A DNA stretch of 64,000 nucleotides from an uncultured virus (IMG/VR IMGVR_UViG_3300035454_002149) (IMGVR_UViG_3300035454_002149), one strand, 5' to 3'. Counted from the stretch's first letter, positions 43,149-53,573 are shown. The notes: generated by a model not told the origin, from the sequence alone. Made by a program: numbers and translations.

Positions 43149-44294
43149 TTAGCGGACTTTGAGCAGGACCAAGTTCTCGTTGCCACGTCCGTTGAACTTG
43201 ACTTCAGTGGCTTTGATGTCCTTGAAGTACTTGCGGTGCTGTGCTACCCCGCCTTGCAACAAGGCTCGGATCTGCTCTGCTGGCTTGCGGAGCGTTTTCT
43301 GCACCGAGTTTGTGGGATCAAACCCAACCAATGCTGATCCTTTCACAGTGAATGAGCCGGCATGGGTGTCCGCTACCACATAGACCAGTTTGCGTTTCTT
43401 GGTATCATACAACCAGGCTTCCTGGGCACCTACCAGTTTGGTCACGGGCTCGGATTTGAGCTTGAGCTCTTCAAATTCTTTCAAGTATTTGAACCGAGCG
43501 GTGAGTTTTTCTGGGCTCACTGGCTTTTTCTTGCGTGGGGCACGTTCAGTTTTCTTGATCTGCACATAACTGCCGCAGTCTGCAATAACCTGTTCAGCGA
43601 ACTTTACCAAATTCTTAAGCTGTAGTTTACCAAAATTGCTGTACCCTTCCACCAACTGTGGGTCTTTACCTTTGATCGCTTCCTCTAGTTCTTCTAGCCG
43701 ATGTTTCCAATGATCGGCGATGTCTCCCACCATCTGCGGTGCCACGTTGCGACCACGTAGGATAGTGATGGGTTTGTAGTCCGCTGACATTTTAGCACCA
43801 GCCTGGATCATGTCATCGTAGGTGCCCTCGATCTCGCCGGCGGCTTCCATCATCTTTTCGCGCAGCCTATCTTGGATGTTGGGTCGGGTCACTTCAGGCT
43901 CTTCGGCCTTTTTCACGATTTCCTTGATGCTACGCACATTAGCCAGGTGTTTATGGATCGCGTCATTGAGTTGCAGTTCTTCGTGCTCGTTCAGCAACAG
44001 TCCCATGGTACTCATGCGGGCCAGCCATCCATAGACATTGGTGATGGTGGCCTCTGGAACTCGGGCGAACTCTTTGGCATCTTTTTGGCGATCGTTGCGC
44101 ACCAGCCAATCGATGATGCATTCCTTGACTTCTTTCTTGCCGTAGTGGTAGTTATACCATGTGAAAGCCGCTGTGAGTTTGCTGATGCGTTCTTCCTCGG
44201 GCTGGGCACGCCATTCTGGTTCACCGCCGGTATATTTGGTATCAGCAGACTTGGGATTCATAGGCTTGGGTGATTTGAGTGCTGTGGCGTTCAT
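43149..44294 (-). CDS. Hypothetical protein (probably early)
   Basis: 381-aa ORF; AAGGAG RBS; SVQKTLRKP and NGRGNEN motifs. Confidence 0.75.
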   Translation of the reverse strand: MNATALKSPKPMNPKSADTKYTGGEPEWRAQPEEERISKLTAAFTWYNYHYGKKEVKECIIDWLVRNDRQKDAKEFARVPEATITNVYGWLARMSTMGLLLNEHEELQLNDAIHKHLANVRSIKEIVKKAEEPEVTRPNIQDRLREKMMEAAGEIEGTYDDMIQAGAKMSADYKPITILRGRNVAPQMVGDIADHWKHRLEELEEAIKGKDPQLVEGYSNFGKLQLKNLVKFAEQVIADCGSYVQIKKTERAPRKKKPVSPEKLTARFKYLKEFEELKLKSEPVTKLVGAQEAWLYDTKKRKLVYVVADTHAGSFTVKGSALVGFDPTNSVQKTLRKPAEQIRALLQGGVAQHRKYFKDIKATEVKFNGRGNENLVLLKVR

Positions 44295-44563
44295 CGTGGC
44301 TCCTTGTTCATGAGTTTAGCCATTAAAATATGTCCTTCTAAATTTTTCAGTGCTTCTTCGGCTTGCGCCAGTAAATCGTCGAACTTTGGGCTACCTACAC
44401 CTTTTTTACGACAGTTGACCCATTCCCGATCGGCTTCTCGTAATTTTTCCCGGACTGCTCGATCCATGGTCCATAGGTCTTTGCCCCCAAAACGGGCTCC
44501 AATGGTATTCCGATGTGCTTGGTCCAAACGGTTGTTGAGATTTTGCCAATCATTTAAGTCCAT
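44291..44563 (-). CDS. Small helical hypothetical protein
   Basis: 90 aa, directly under a sigma70-type promoter. Confidence 0.65.
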   Translation of the reverse strand: MDLNDWQNLNNRLDQAHRNTIGARFGGKDLWTMDRAVREKLREADREWVNCRKKGVGSPKFDDLLAQAEEALKNLEGHILMAKLMNKEPR

Positions 44564-44568
44564 ATGCT

Positions 44569-44597
44569 ATTTTATGCTGTTTTGGGTTTCTGGTCAA
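44569..44597 (-). promoter_or_regulatory. Sigma70-like early promoter, back-to-back with the gp14 late promoter
   Basis: TTGACC, 17 nt, TAAAAT; ATG 5 nt downstream; CATAAATA on the + strand at 44604-44611. Confidence 0.7.
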
Positions 44598-44618
44598 CCA
44601 GCCCATAAATACTGCACT

Positions 44619-46118
44619 ATGCCCAGATTATCGATGTGGCGTCCTAACAAGACGAACGATTACCGCTTTTTTGACAAGACCATTTCGGAGATGTACACCG
44701 TTGGGGGGCTGGATCTGTATGTACACAAATATCTAGGACCCAGGGTACAGCCCGATGATGGTGCTAACGGCGATGCCACGCAGCCCGTTTACCCCAATGT
44801 AGATGTGCTGTTCATCGAAGATCTGCTGCTGTTGGAAAACCGCGATCGGGTGTATGATCCCGATGTCTACACCATGCGTGGTGTGTACAATGTGCAGGAT
44901 ATTGATTTTGATCTCACGCAGTTTGGCTTGTTCCTCAGCGGAGACACGCTGTTCATCACGTTCCATTACAATGACATGATCAATACCATTGGGCGCAAGC
45001 TCATGACCGGGGATGTCATAGAAGTACCAAATCTCAAAGATCCCAATCCCTTGAACGCAGCCATCACTCGGGCGCTGCCTAAGTTCTATGTGATCCAGGA
45101 TGCCAGCTATCCTGCCGAAGGGTTCAGCCAGACCTGGTTGCCGCACCTATGGCGTGTGAAATGCACTCCTTTGGTCAACAGCCAAGAATACAAAGACATC
45201 CTAGACAAACCCTTGATCACAGAAAACGTCTGGGACCCAGGTAACTTCTGGCCCCAGAACTGGATCGTCAACAATGGTGGTACTTACTATAAATCCTTGC
45301 AGAACGTTCCTCCTGGAACCCCCATCACTGACACCGACTACTGGCAACAACTCACAGCCATCACTTGGGAAAGTGGCGTTGGATACCCTGAAGGTACTAT
45401 AGTAGTAGGACCCAATGGCGAACATTGGCAAGCCACTGAAGATGTTCCGCCTGGGGTGGAACTTGGTGATCCTGACTACTGGACTGAAGTCAATGAGCCG
45501 CCCGGTGTGCCATCAATCGAAGATGTTGCCAGCACACGGCCCAAAGATCTTGTGATCAACGATGCTATCTTAGCGCAGGCCGAAGTGGAAGTACCACTCA
45601 GTGGCTACGACACAGTAAAATTCTTTATATTCCCCACTAACGAAGATGGCACACCTGCCAATCCCTATGACGTGGTGGCTCCGGATTCCAGCATCGAGAC
45701 TGCTGCCAAGACACCGCGTGGCGATGGCTACACCATGGGCTATCTCACCGGTGATGGTATCGCACCCAATGGGTTGCCTGTTACCCCGGGCGTGAGCTTT
45801 CCGATGAACCCGCAAGAAGGCGACTACGCACTAAGACTAGATTACTTTCCCAATCGACTGTTCCGATTCAATGGAGCAACTTGGGTCAAGATTGAAGATT
45901 CTGTGCGGACCAATCTCACCAATGGTCCTATGAATAATACCTTGAGGTCGACGTTTGTCAACAATACATACACAGTGCCCACCAGCGATCAAGGCAACAT
46001 TCCCAGCCGACAGAGCCTCAGCGATATACTCAAGCCGCGGGCCGACAATGGCAATCAAGGTGGAGACAAGCCGGCTAACCCTTATCCCGGCACACAACCA
46101 GGACAACCATCGAGTTAA
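44619..46118 (+). CDS. gp14: gp14-like neck/head-closure protein with insertions
   Basis: MPRLSMWR start; DLTQFGLF; GRKLMTGDVIEVP; HLWRVKC; located upstream of gp15. Confidence 0.65.
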   Translation: MPRLSMWRPNKTNDYRFFDKTISEMYTVGGLDLYVHKYLGPRVQPDDGANGDATQPVYPNVDVLFIEDLLLLENRDRVYDPDVYTMRGVYNVQDIDFDLTQFGLFLSGDTLFITFHYNDMINTIGRKLMTGDVIEVPNLKDPNPLNAAITRALPKFYVIQDASYPAEGFSQTWLPHLWRVKCTPLVNSQEYKDILDKPLITENVWDPGNFWPQNWIVNNGGTYYKSLQNVPPGTPITDTDYWQQLTAITWESGVGYPEGTIVVGPNGEHWQATEDVPPGVELGDPDYWTEVNEPPGVPSIEDVASTRPKDLVINDAILAQAEVEVPLSGYDTVKFFIFPTNEDGTPANPYDVVAPDSSIETAAKTPRGDGYTMGYLTGDGIAPNGLPVTPGVSFPMNPQEGDYALRLDYFPNRLFRFNGATWVKIEDSVRTNLTNGPMNNTLRSTFVNNTYTVPTSDQGNIPSRQSLSDILKPRADNGNQGGDKPANPYPGTQPGQPSS

Positions 46119-46120
46119 TC

Positions 46121-46681
46121 ATGCATATCTATAAAATAACCAATACAGTAAATGGTAAGATATACATTGGACAAACTGTGCAGTCTAATCCTAAGATGCG
46201 CTGGTATTCCCATTGCGACTACGTACGAAAGGGAAAGAAAAGTCATTTATATGATAGCATGCGGAAACACGGAATAGGAAATTTCCAATGGGAAGTGATT
46301 GATCAAGCCAAAGATATTGACGAACTAAATCAAAAAGAACAACATTGGCTGGATCATTATAAATCTATTGCAATTGTTTATAATAATCGAGAAGCAGGCG
46401 GAAACAAGACGCATTCGGCAGAAAGCAAAGCTCGTATGCAGGAGGCACAAAGACAGGCTCACGCAAAACGAAGAGCAGAAGGACGCGACGGCGGCTGGAA
46501 ACGCAGAGACGGGGGTGCAATGAAGGGAAAGGCACATCCTAAAAAAGGTACTTCTGGTCTTTGGCACATGCCGGAATCTGCTAAAGAAAAACTAAGACAA
46601 ATACAACTAGAACGCAGCGGAACTCGTGGTAAAACCTGGAAACTAGTAGACGGTAAAAGAGTCTATTCGGAGAAAGTTTGA
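46121..46681 (+). mobile_element. Free-standing GIY-YIG homing endonuclease gene
   Basis: HIYKITNTVNGKIYIGQT; R...H; E..W; YN; NUMOD3-like HSAESKARM; AT-rich. Confidence 0.88.
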
Positions 46682-48063
46682 TGAATCAAAATTATTTTTA
46701 TGACGAACAAATCCGGCGCTTCCTGTTGCAATTCGCTAGGATATTTTCAAATTTTCAGATCGAATATGGACGCGACAATTCCGGCAATGCCACGCTGATA
46801 CGGGTGCCTGTGCGCTACGGTGATTCCAGCCGGCAAGCACAGACCATCTTGCAGGAAAACTCTGCATCAAGTCTGCCTAGTACTCCGCTGATGACATTTT
46901 ACATCACAGGACTTGATTATGATCGTCCACGCATACAAGAGCCTTATCACGTCAACAAGATGCAGGTACGACAGAGATTCTACGACCAGGACACTGACAC
47001 CTATGAAACTGCCCAAGGCAATGCATTCACCATTGAGAGATTGATGCCTGTGCCTTACAAGATGACCATCAACTTGGACATCTGGACCAGCAATACCAAC
47101 CAGAAATGGCAGTTATTTGAGCAGATTGCTACGCTGTTCAATCCTGCCTTGGAGATACAGAGCACCGATAATTTCATCGACTGGACCAGCCTCAGCGTGG
47201 TCGAATTGGATCGCAACAGTTATACCAGCCGTACTATACCGGTGGGCACAGAGAATCCCATCGACATCATGACCATGACCTTTACCATACCCATCTGGAT
47301 ATCCAGTCCGGCCAAGGTCAAGAAATTGGGCGTGATAGAGAAGATCATCATGAGCGTGTACGATTCGCAGGGCGATGCCAATGAAGCCATACTGAACAGC
47401 GATCTGTTGTTGGGCACTCGACAGAAATTCACACCCTATGGGTATCAGACTCTTCTGATTGGCAACAAGGTACAGGCCTTGAAATACAGCCAGACTATTA
47501 ATACCCCCAATGGGTCAGTGACACCGCCAGAATCGCCGCCCAGCAACGAATTTTGGCATACCATCATTGGCATGTACGGTGGCGTTGAGGTGTTGCGTCC
47601 GGGCATAACACAGATGAGATTTGACAATCCCTGGGGCGATGAAACTGAGATAATCGGCACAGTGACTTATGATCCCACCGATGATCGATTCTTGTTGATA
47701 GACATTGACACTGATACCATACCACAAAATACATTGTCCCCAGTTGATGCCATAATTGATCCGTTAGCGTCGGGACCGGGAGCTGGATTACCTGCTCCAA
47801 CTGCGGGTACCCGTTATCTCATACTCAGTGACATGGGACCAGATACGATATCATGGGGTGCTGGCATCAATGCACAGGCCAATGACATCATCGAATATGA
47901 TGGCACACAATGGACCGTGGCATGGTCCGCAACAGACAATGGAGATACGTTACAGTTTGTTACCAACATTATTACCACTATACAATATCGATGGGTAGGT
48001 GACAGCTGGGTTAAAAGTTACGAAGGATTGTATCCCGGCGGTGAATGGAGTATCGTATTATGA
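46681..48063 (+). CDS. gp15: Tail terminator / sheath stabiliser with C-terminal extension
   Basis: YFYDEQIRRF..QF.RIFS; VPVRYG; MPVPY; EQIATLFNP. Confidence 0.8.
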   Translation: MNQNYFYDEQIRRFLLQFARIFSNFQIEYGRDNSGNATLIRVPVRYGDSSRQAQTILQENSASSLPSTPLMTFYITGLDYDRPRIQEPYHVNKMQVRQRFYDQDTDTYETAQGNAFTIERLMPVPYKMTINLDIWTSNTNQKWQLFEQIATLFNPALEIQSTDNFIDWTSLSVVELDRNSYTSRTIPVGTENPIDIMTMTFTIPIWISSPAKVKKLGVIEKIIMSVYDSQGDANEAILNSDLLLGTRQKFTPYGYQTLLIGNKVQALKYSQTINTPNGSVTPPESPPSNEFWHTIIGMYGGVEVLRPGITQMRFDNPWGDETEIIGTVTYDPTDDRFLLIDIDTDTIPQNTLSPVDAIIDPLASGPGAGLPAPTAGTRYLILSDMGPDTISWGAGINAQANDIIEYDGTQWTVAWSATDNGDTLQFVTNIITTIQYRWVGDSWVKSYEGLYPGGEWSIVL

Positions 48064-48485
48064 ACTCTGTGGGGGTATGGTTCTACAGTCTGTCATCATC
48101 AAGATACCTTTATCTCATGCGCAACGACCCCAAGTATCCTGGTTCGTGGGGACTACCTGGTGGTAAAGTTGAATCAGGTGAGAGCCTTATGGACGCTATG
48201 CGCAGAGAATGCGAGGAAGAGATTGGTTTTTTTCCGCAGTATCTAAAGATGGTGCCGTTGGAAAAGTTTACCAGCCCAGATGAACGATTCTCTTACCACA
48301 CCTTTTTTGCTTGTGTAGATCGAGAGTTCATACCAGAACTCAACGATGAGCATCTTGGGTACGCATGGATCGATTCAATGTCATGGCCTAAACCCATGCA
48401 TCCTGGTTTGTGGAATACTATAAATTTTGAAGAAGTACAACAGAAAATTGAATCAATTAAAACGACGTTTCAAACATCGCAGTAA
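48060..48485 (+). CDS. NUDIX hydrolase
   Basis: Nudix box GGKVESGESLMDAMRRECEEEIG; LNDEH..YAW. Confidence 0.9.
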   Translation: MNSVGVWFYSLSSSRYLYLMRNDPKYPGSWGLPGGKVESGESLMDAMRRECEEEIGFFPQYLKMVPLEKFTSPDERFSYHTFFACVDREFIPELNDEHLGYAWIDSMSWPKPMHPGLWNTINFEEVQQKIESIKTTFQTSQ

Positions 48486-49135
48486 AGAACAAATTCTCGG
48501 AAATCTATACAATTGACATTTTTACAGTTGCGCCACAGCTCTGGCACGTTGCTTTTACGACCGACCACTGTAAATTTTGTTGTAGGGTAAGCGTGTATCA
48601 CCCGGAAAACATCATAGATCCACGATAATTTACCATAAGGCGTATCGTTATTATATCCAATCAAAAATATCTCTTGGTGGCCATCAAATGCGGCCAGATA
48701 CACACTCAATGCCAAAGAATCCATAACTGGTAGATACGGTACTGGATAAAAACGACTCGGATTTTCAATACAAAGACGAGCGGACGTATAAACTGTACTA
48801 CGGAGATCATATTCTTTGTTGGCCAGCTCGGACAAAATAGTTTTATCGGTGGTGACATAAAAATCAAATGTCATGTCGGTCCACAGATCACCGGTGCCGT
48901 AGGTCTGAAGTCTTTTGGTCGCAAGTAGCCCACCTTTGTGTCTTTGCAATCTCTGATATTGGAATCGTGATTGATCAACTCGACTACCAATCACTGCTGC
49001 ACGGCCAGATATATGATGGTTCTCGATGGGGTTATCGATCCACTGTCGCTTTTCTTCTGTGGTACCATCGGCGATCTTTTTTTCTAAGATTACGAATTCC
49101 CCGGTGTAGTTTTGACGAGTTCTTCCCAACATCAC
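48470..49135 (-). CDS. Hypothetical protein, degenerate paralogue of 60264-60848
   Basis: YLAAFDGHQEIFLIGY matches GLAALDGHKEIYLLGFD. Confidence 0.6.
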   Translation of the reverse strand: MMLGRTRQNYTGEFVILEKKIADGTTEEKRQWIDNPIENHHISGRAAVIGSRVDQSRFQYQRLQRHKGGLLATKRLQTYGTGDLWTDMTFDFYVTTDKTILSELANKEYDLRSTVYTSARLCIENPSRFYPVPYLPVMDSLALSVYLAAFDGHQEIFLIGYNNDTPYGKLSWIYDVFRVIHAYPTTKFTVVGRKSNVPELWRNCKNVNCIDFREFVLYCDV

Positions 49136-50349
49136 ATGCGTCCCACGACTATTTCAATCACGCCTTCGGTTTCGCCGATGTAATTTTTTAAAGCCTTGCC
49201 TATCACCGAACCAGGTTGATATCTTGTTGGGTCTAATCTAGTGGCCACTCCTGGAATATCACTGGATACCAAGAGATCGCCTTTGGAGATGTTTCCAATC
49301 ACTCGACAAGGCACCCGACCTAACAGTGCGACCACTGCTACATAAGAACTGTCAAGTCCGTTGTTCATTATGTAAGCGGGATTTTCACTGATGGTTCCGG
49401 CTATGGCCGAGGAATGGCTCTGCTGACTGATCGTGACTTCTTGATCGCCACCAAATACTAATACTGTGCCCACTGGATAATTAGCATCTGCTCGATACTT
49501 TTCTGCCACGTCAGCGTATTGTGCAGATGTGGCTTTGGCAAAAACAGTATTGAAATAAGTGGTAGCGCTACCAATATTGCCAACACCGTTGGCGTTGGCA
49601 TTGACTATGCTGCCGCAGGTGACTGATCCAGTAGACACTGTCAGTGATGTGCCGGTGATGGCTGCACCTGTGATTGCCCCAGTGGCACTGACCAAACCAG
49701 CTGTGCGTAAATTGCCGCCGTCAATGTTACCGGTGACACTCAATGAACTTAAAGTGCCCAAAGAGGTAATACTAGTTTGGGCCGCTGTACCGATCGTACC
49801 AAAATATGTACTGGCAGTGATGTTGCCGGATGCGCTCATCCGTACAATGTTTAGATTGCCTGTGCCATTGGGTGTGATCACTATATTGGCATTGTTGGCC
49901 GATGTTTGTATATCAAGTTGATTTGAATCGGTGATAGCGCCCGTCAGAAGCAGATTACCACCGGTGATATTACCTGTAGAAACTGACAGAGATGTACCGG
50001 TAATACCGGCACCTGTTATCGCGCCAGTCACTGATGCGAGTCCGGTTACAAACAATCCAGTAGAAGAGATCACTGCGACGTTGGGTGTGCCACCAGAACT
50101 TACCAACACGTTCCCGTTGTTTAATACACGGACATTAGATGTACCATCAGATATGCTGTTGCTGGAAAGGCTGGCAATTTGGGCGCTGACATAAGCCACC
50201 GTGGCGAGATTTCCAGCGCCGCCTGCTGTGGCTCCATTGTGTACACGCAATGTCCAATTGGTGGTGTCCACGGTTATTTCGCCAAGAGCGCCCACAAACG
50301 AGTTGTTTTGTGTTGCTGTTCCCCGACGATATTGTACTTGTGTTGACAT
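49132..50349 (-). CDS. Tail fibre/spike with C-terminal intramolecular chaperone (peptidase G2-like)
   Basis: N-terminal VQYRRGT..GALGEITVDT; GNITGGN repeats; YADVAEKY...VALLGRVPCRVIG...GDLLV...VIGKAL. Confidence 0.78.
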   Translation of the reverse strand: MSTQVQYRRGTATQNNSFVGALGEITVDTTNWTLRVHNGATAGGAGNLATVAYVSAQIASLSSNSISDGTSNVRVLNNGNVLVSSGGTPNVAVISSTGLFVTGLASVTGAITGAGITGTSLSVSTGNITGGNLLLTGAITDSNQLDIQTSANNANIVITPNGTGNLNIVRMSASGNITASTYFGTIGTAAQTSITSLGTLSSLSVTGNIDGGNLRTAGLVSATGAITGAAITGTSLTVSTGSVTCGSIVNANANGVGNIGSATTYFNTVFAKATSAQYADVAEKYRADANYPVGTVLVFGGDQEVTISQQSHSSAIAGTISENPAYIMNNGLDSSYVAVVALLGRVPCRVIGNISKGDLLVSSDIPGVATRLDPTRYQPGSVIGKALKNYIGETEGVIEIVVGRM

Positions 50350-50368
50350 GTTGTTATCCTAACCCTAT

Positions 50369-53300
50369 TTATGAAACTATAGCCCGGTCTGTTACACGGC
50401 GCCAGTTTGAACCGTCCGAAAACGCTGGAACTGCGCCACCGGATTCGTTGGAAACATACACCATCTGTCCGGCGGGCGTGGTGCTGACCGATCCAAGCTC
50501 TGTCACTGTATAACTTGGCAGCACGAATTGATCCGGGTACAACACACCGCCAGTGACGATAAATCCCAGATCGTAAGTCTGCGTGGCGACGGCTGTGATC
50601 TCGCCGAGATCTTCGCTTTGGGTCACAGCTTCGTCAACTGTGCCCATATCGCCGCCGATGGCAAAAATGCTATCGCCTGTGCCGGATGTGGCTATAGTGA
50701 TGGTATCAGTGGCAGGATCTGCGATGAGAACGATACCGTCGCCCGCTGTGAGAGTCAATGTATCCGATATGCTGTCAGCAATAACCGCGTTTCCGCCCGA
50801 TACGGCTATGTTACTGAATGCATTGATGCCTGTGAGTCCTGCACCATTTCCTAAGATGTTTCCGCCAGTGACGTTGCCTGTGGCCGATACGAGACCAGCG
50901 GTGAGCAAGTTACCTGCTTGCACGTTGCCTGCTACACTTACTACACCTGCGGTGGTTATGTTTCCACCCGTGACGTTGCCGGTAGCACTGACCAATCCAA
51001 CAGTAGTTACGTTACCACCAATGACGTTGCCGCTGACACTGACCGTGACGCTTTGAACCAGCGCAGCAGATACCAGGTTTCCACCATTGATGTTTCCTGT
51101 GGCTGATATCAAACCGGCGGTGCGCAAGTTACCTGCTTGTACGTTTCCTGTGATTGATGCTAGACCTGCTGTGTTGAGATTACCGCCTGTGACGTTGCCG
51201 GTAGATGTGACTAACCCGGCGGTGCTTATGTTGCCACCAATGATGTTTCCGCTTACGCTCAACGAGCTCAACGTACCAACTGAAGTAATATTATTCTGTG
51301 CTGCAGTGGTCAGGGTACCGACAATATTAGTACCACTTAAATTACCGCCAGTGATATTGCCAGTAGCTGAGATAAGTCCGCTGGTGATCAGATTGGCGCC
51401 GGTGACGTTACCACTTGAACTGATAACGCCCGAATTTAGAGATGTCAACGTACCAACTGAAGTAATATTAGTTTGTGCTGCAGTGGTCAAGGTACCGACA
51501 ATATTAGTACCACTTAAATTACCGCCTATGATATTGCCAGTGGCTGAAACAACACCGCTTGTGTTGATATTTCCGCCTCTGACATTGCCTACAGCAGAAA
51601 CTACTCCTGAAAGATAAGCACCAAAAATATTTAAATTATTACCATCAATGTTGCCTGTGGCCGAAATTAACCCTGTAGTTCTTAGGTTACCACCGTTAAT
51701 ATTACCAGTAGTGCTCAACGAACTCAAAGTACCTACACTTGTGATATTATTCTGTGCTGCAGTGGTCAAGGTACCGACAATATTAGTACCACTTAAATTG
51801 CCGCCAGTGATATTGCCTGCTGCACTCAAACCAACATTGCTAACCCAAGCATTAGAAGTGCTGTTATAGGTCAATGTTACTATAGAATTATTGCCTAACA
51901 ACAGACCAGCACCGTTTACTCCTGCCTGTGTGTTTACGTTGTTGGCTAAGACTATGTCTTTTTCATTGGTTGTGATTGTAGTAGAATCAATGTAAGTAAC
52001 ATTACCTTGCACCGATAGGTTACCAGCGATGATTACGTTGCCTTCTATTCCGGGGCTGCTTGGATCTATAGTCAGCGTAGATCCGCTGCTAGTAATAGTA
52101 TTACCATTCAGTGTGATACCACCACCCGTGACATTGCCGGCGGCCGAAATTAATCCTGCTGTAATTAAATTAGCGCCAGTGATGTTACCACTAGAAGATA
52201 TTGTTCCTGAGTTAAGAGATGTCAGTGTACCAACACTTGTGATATTATTCTGTGCTGCTGTGGTTAATGTACCAACGATATTAGTACCACTTAGGTTACC
52301 ACCAGTGATATTGCCGGTGGCTGTGATCAACCCAGCAGTTCTTAGATTGCCACCATCAATGTTACCAGTAGCGCTAACTAATCCAGCTGTTCGTAAATTA
52401 CCACTTTGTACATTGGCAGTTACACTCAGTGAACTTAGTGTGCCAACTGATGTAATGTTATTTTGTGCAGCGGTAGTTAATGTACCAACGATATTAGTAC
52501 CACTTAGATTACCACCAGTGATATTGCCGGTAGCGCTGACCAGACCTGCTGTTTGTAAATTACCACCTTGCACATTACCAGTTGCAGATACCGCACCTGC
52601 TGTGTTGAGATTTCCACCTGTGATGTTTGCTGTAGCAGACAAAGTAGATACTTGTAAATCCGGAGTAGCGCCAGACAATACAGTATTACCACCACTAGGA
52701 TTCCTAATTATTACCGCCGTGGCATTAGCAGATATCTGTGCATTGCCAAGATAAATGGTACTGTTGGACAACCAAATATCCCGCCATCTTTGTGTGTTGG
52801 TTCCAAGATCGTAGGTTATGTTCGCCGAAGGCAATACGTTACCAGCGAAAGTTGTATTGGTTTGTCCAAAAACTGCTGTATTGTTTGTGCCATTGATGCC
52901 GATAGTAACATTGCCACCAGAACTTACTACATTGACATTCGATGTGCCGTTGCTGATCGAGTTGAGGCTGATGCCAGTTACCCCAATGGCCACCGACTTA
53001 GTTGTGGCATTTCCGGTGATCTGGATGTTGTTGCCTGCAGTCAGAGTGAGTGTGTCGCCTACCGTGTTGGCCAGGACTGCTGTGCCGTTGGCATAGATGT
53101 TTCCGAATGCGAACGCTGAATTCTGCTCAAATACCAAATTTGTGGTATCTATTACTATGGGATTGTTTGTGGTCAGTTTCCACTGGGTGTCTTTGTAGGT
53201 ATCACCCTCGGTGACCATGACGATCATACCAGCTTCTATCTCGCCGTCTTGATTACCGTCCGTGGTGCGTACCCAAGTTCCATTGCTGCCAGCACCCACG

Positions 53301-53500
53301 GTCTGTACGCGATAAAGTCCGTTTTGTGCTTTGTTAGTTTGGCCAATGACCAATACACGATCATTGGCAACGAGATTTACACCGTCAACTGCGGCCGGTG
53401 CGCCCCCGGTGAGTGTGACGTTGGTAGTTACCAGCACGCGGACCGCTTGCTTGTAGTCAATATCAGAAATCTGTTCTGCGCGGATCCGTGTTAATCCCAT
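50369..53500 (-). CDS. Long tail fibre protein with 17-aa repeats
   Basis: DYKQAVR...DRVLV..Q...QNGLY N-terminal fibre module; many GNITGGNL repeats; C-terminal VYVSNESGGAVPAFSDGSNWRRV. Confidence 0.8.
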   Translation of the reverse strand: MGLTRIRAEQISDIDYKQAVRVLVTTNVTLTGGAPAAVDGVNLVANDRVLVIGQTNKAQNGLYRVQTVGAGSNGTWVRTTDGNQDGEIEAGMIVMVTEGDTYKDTQWKLTTNNPIVIDTTNLVFEQNSAFAFGNIYANGTAVLANTVGDTLTLTAGNNIQITGNATTKSVAIGVTGISLNSISNGTSNVNVVSSGGNVTIGINGTNNTAVFGQTNTTFAGNVLPSANITYDLGTNTQRWRDIWLSNSTIYLGNAQISANATAVIIRNPSGGNTVLSGATPDLQVSTLSATANITGGNLNTAGAVSATGNVQGGNLQTAGLVSATGNITGGNLSGTNIVGTLTTAAQNNITSVGTLSSLSVTANVQSGNLRTAGLVSATGNIDGGNLRTAGLITATGNITGGNLSGTNIVGTLTTAAQNNITSVGTLTSLNSGTISSSGNITGANLITAGLISAAGNVTGGGITLNGNTITSSGSTLTIDPSSPGIEGNVIIAGNLSVQGNVTYIDSTTITTNEKDIVLANNVNTQAGVNGAGLLLGNNSIVTLTYNSTSNAWVSNVGLSAAGNITGGNLSGTNIVGTLTTAAQNNITSVGTLSSLSTTGNINGGNLRTTGLISATGNIDGNNLNIFGAYLSGVVSAVGNVRGGNINTSGVVSATGNIIGGNLSGTNIVGTLTTAAQTNITSVGTLTSLNSGVISSSGNVTGANLITSGLISATGNITGGNLSGTNIVGTLTTAAQNNITSVGTLSSLSVSGNIIGGNISTAGLVTSTGNVTGGNLNTAGLASITGNVQAGNLRTAGLISATGNINGGNLVSAALVQSVTVSVSGNVIGGNVTTVGLVSATGNVTGGNITTAGVVSVAGNVQAGNLLTAGLVSATGNVTGGNILGNGAGLTGINAFSNIAVSGGNAVIADSISDTLTLTAGDGIVLIADPATDTITIATSGTGDSIFAIGGDMGTVDEAVTQSEDLGEITAVATQTYDLGFIVTGGVLYPDQFVLPSYTVTELGSVSTTPAGQMVYVSNESGGAVPAFSDGSNWRRVTDRAIVS

Positions 53501-53530
53501 GCTCGTACCTTGTCAATGCAATATTTAGCC

Positions 53531-53560
53531 AAAAAAATAGGGCCGCAAAAGGGCCCTATC
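53531..53560 (-). terminator. Rho-independent terminator
   Basis: ATAGGGCC-CTTTTGC-GGCCCTAT followed by a T-run. Confidence 0.8.
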
Positions 53561-53573
53561 TTGGGTAAAAATT

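Noticed and set aside
44304..44618. N-terminal extension of the 604-aa plus-strand ORF
   Set aside because: It overlaps a minus-strand gene and promoter; the late box at 44604 supports ATG 44619.
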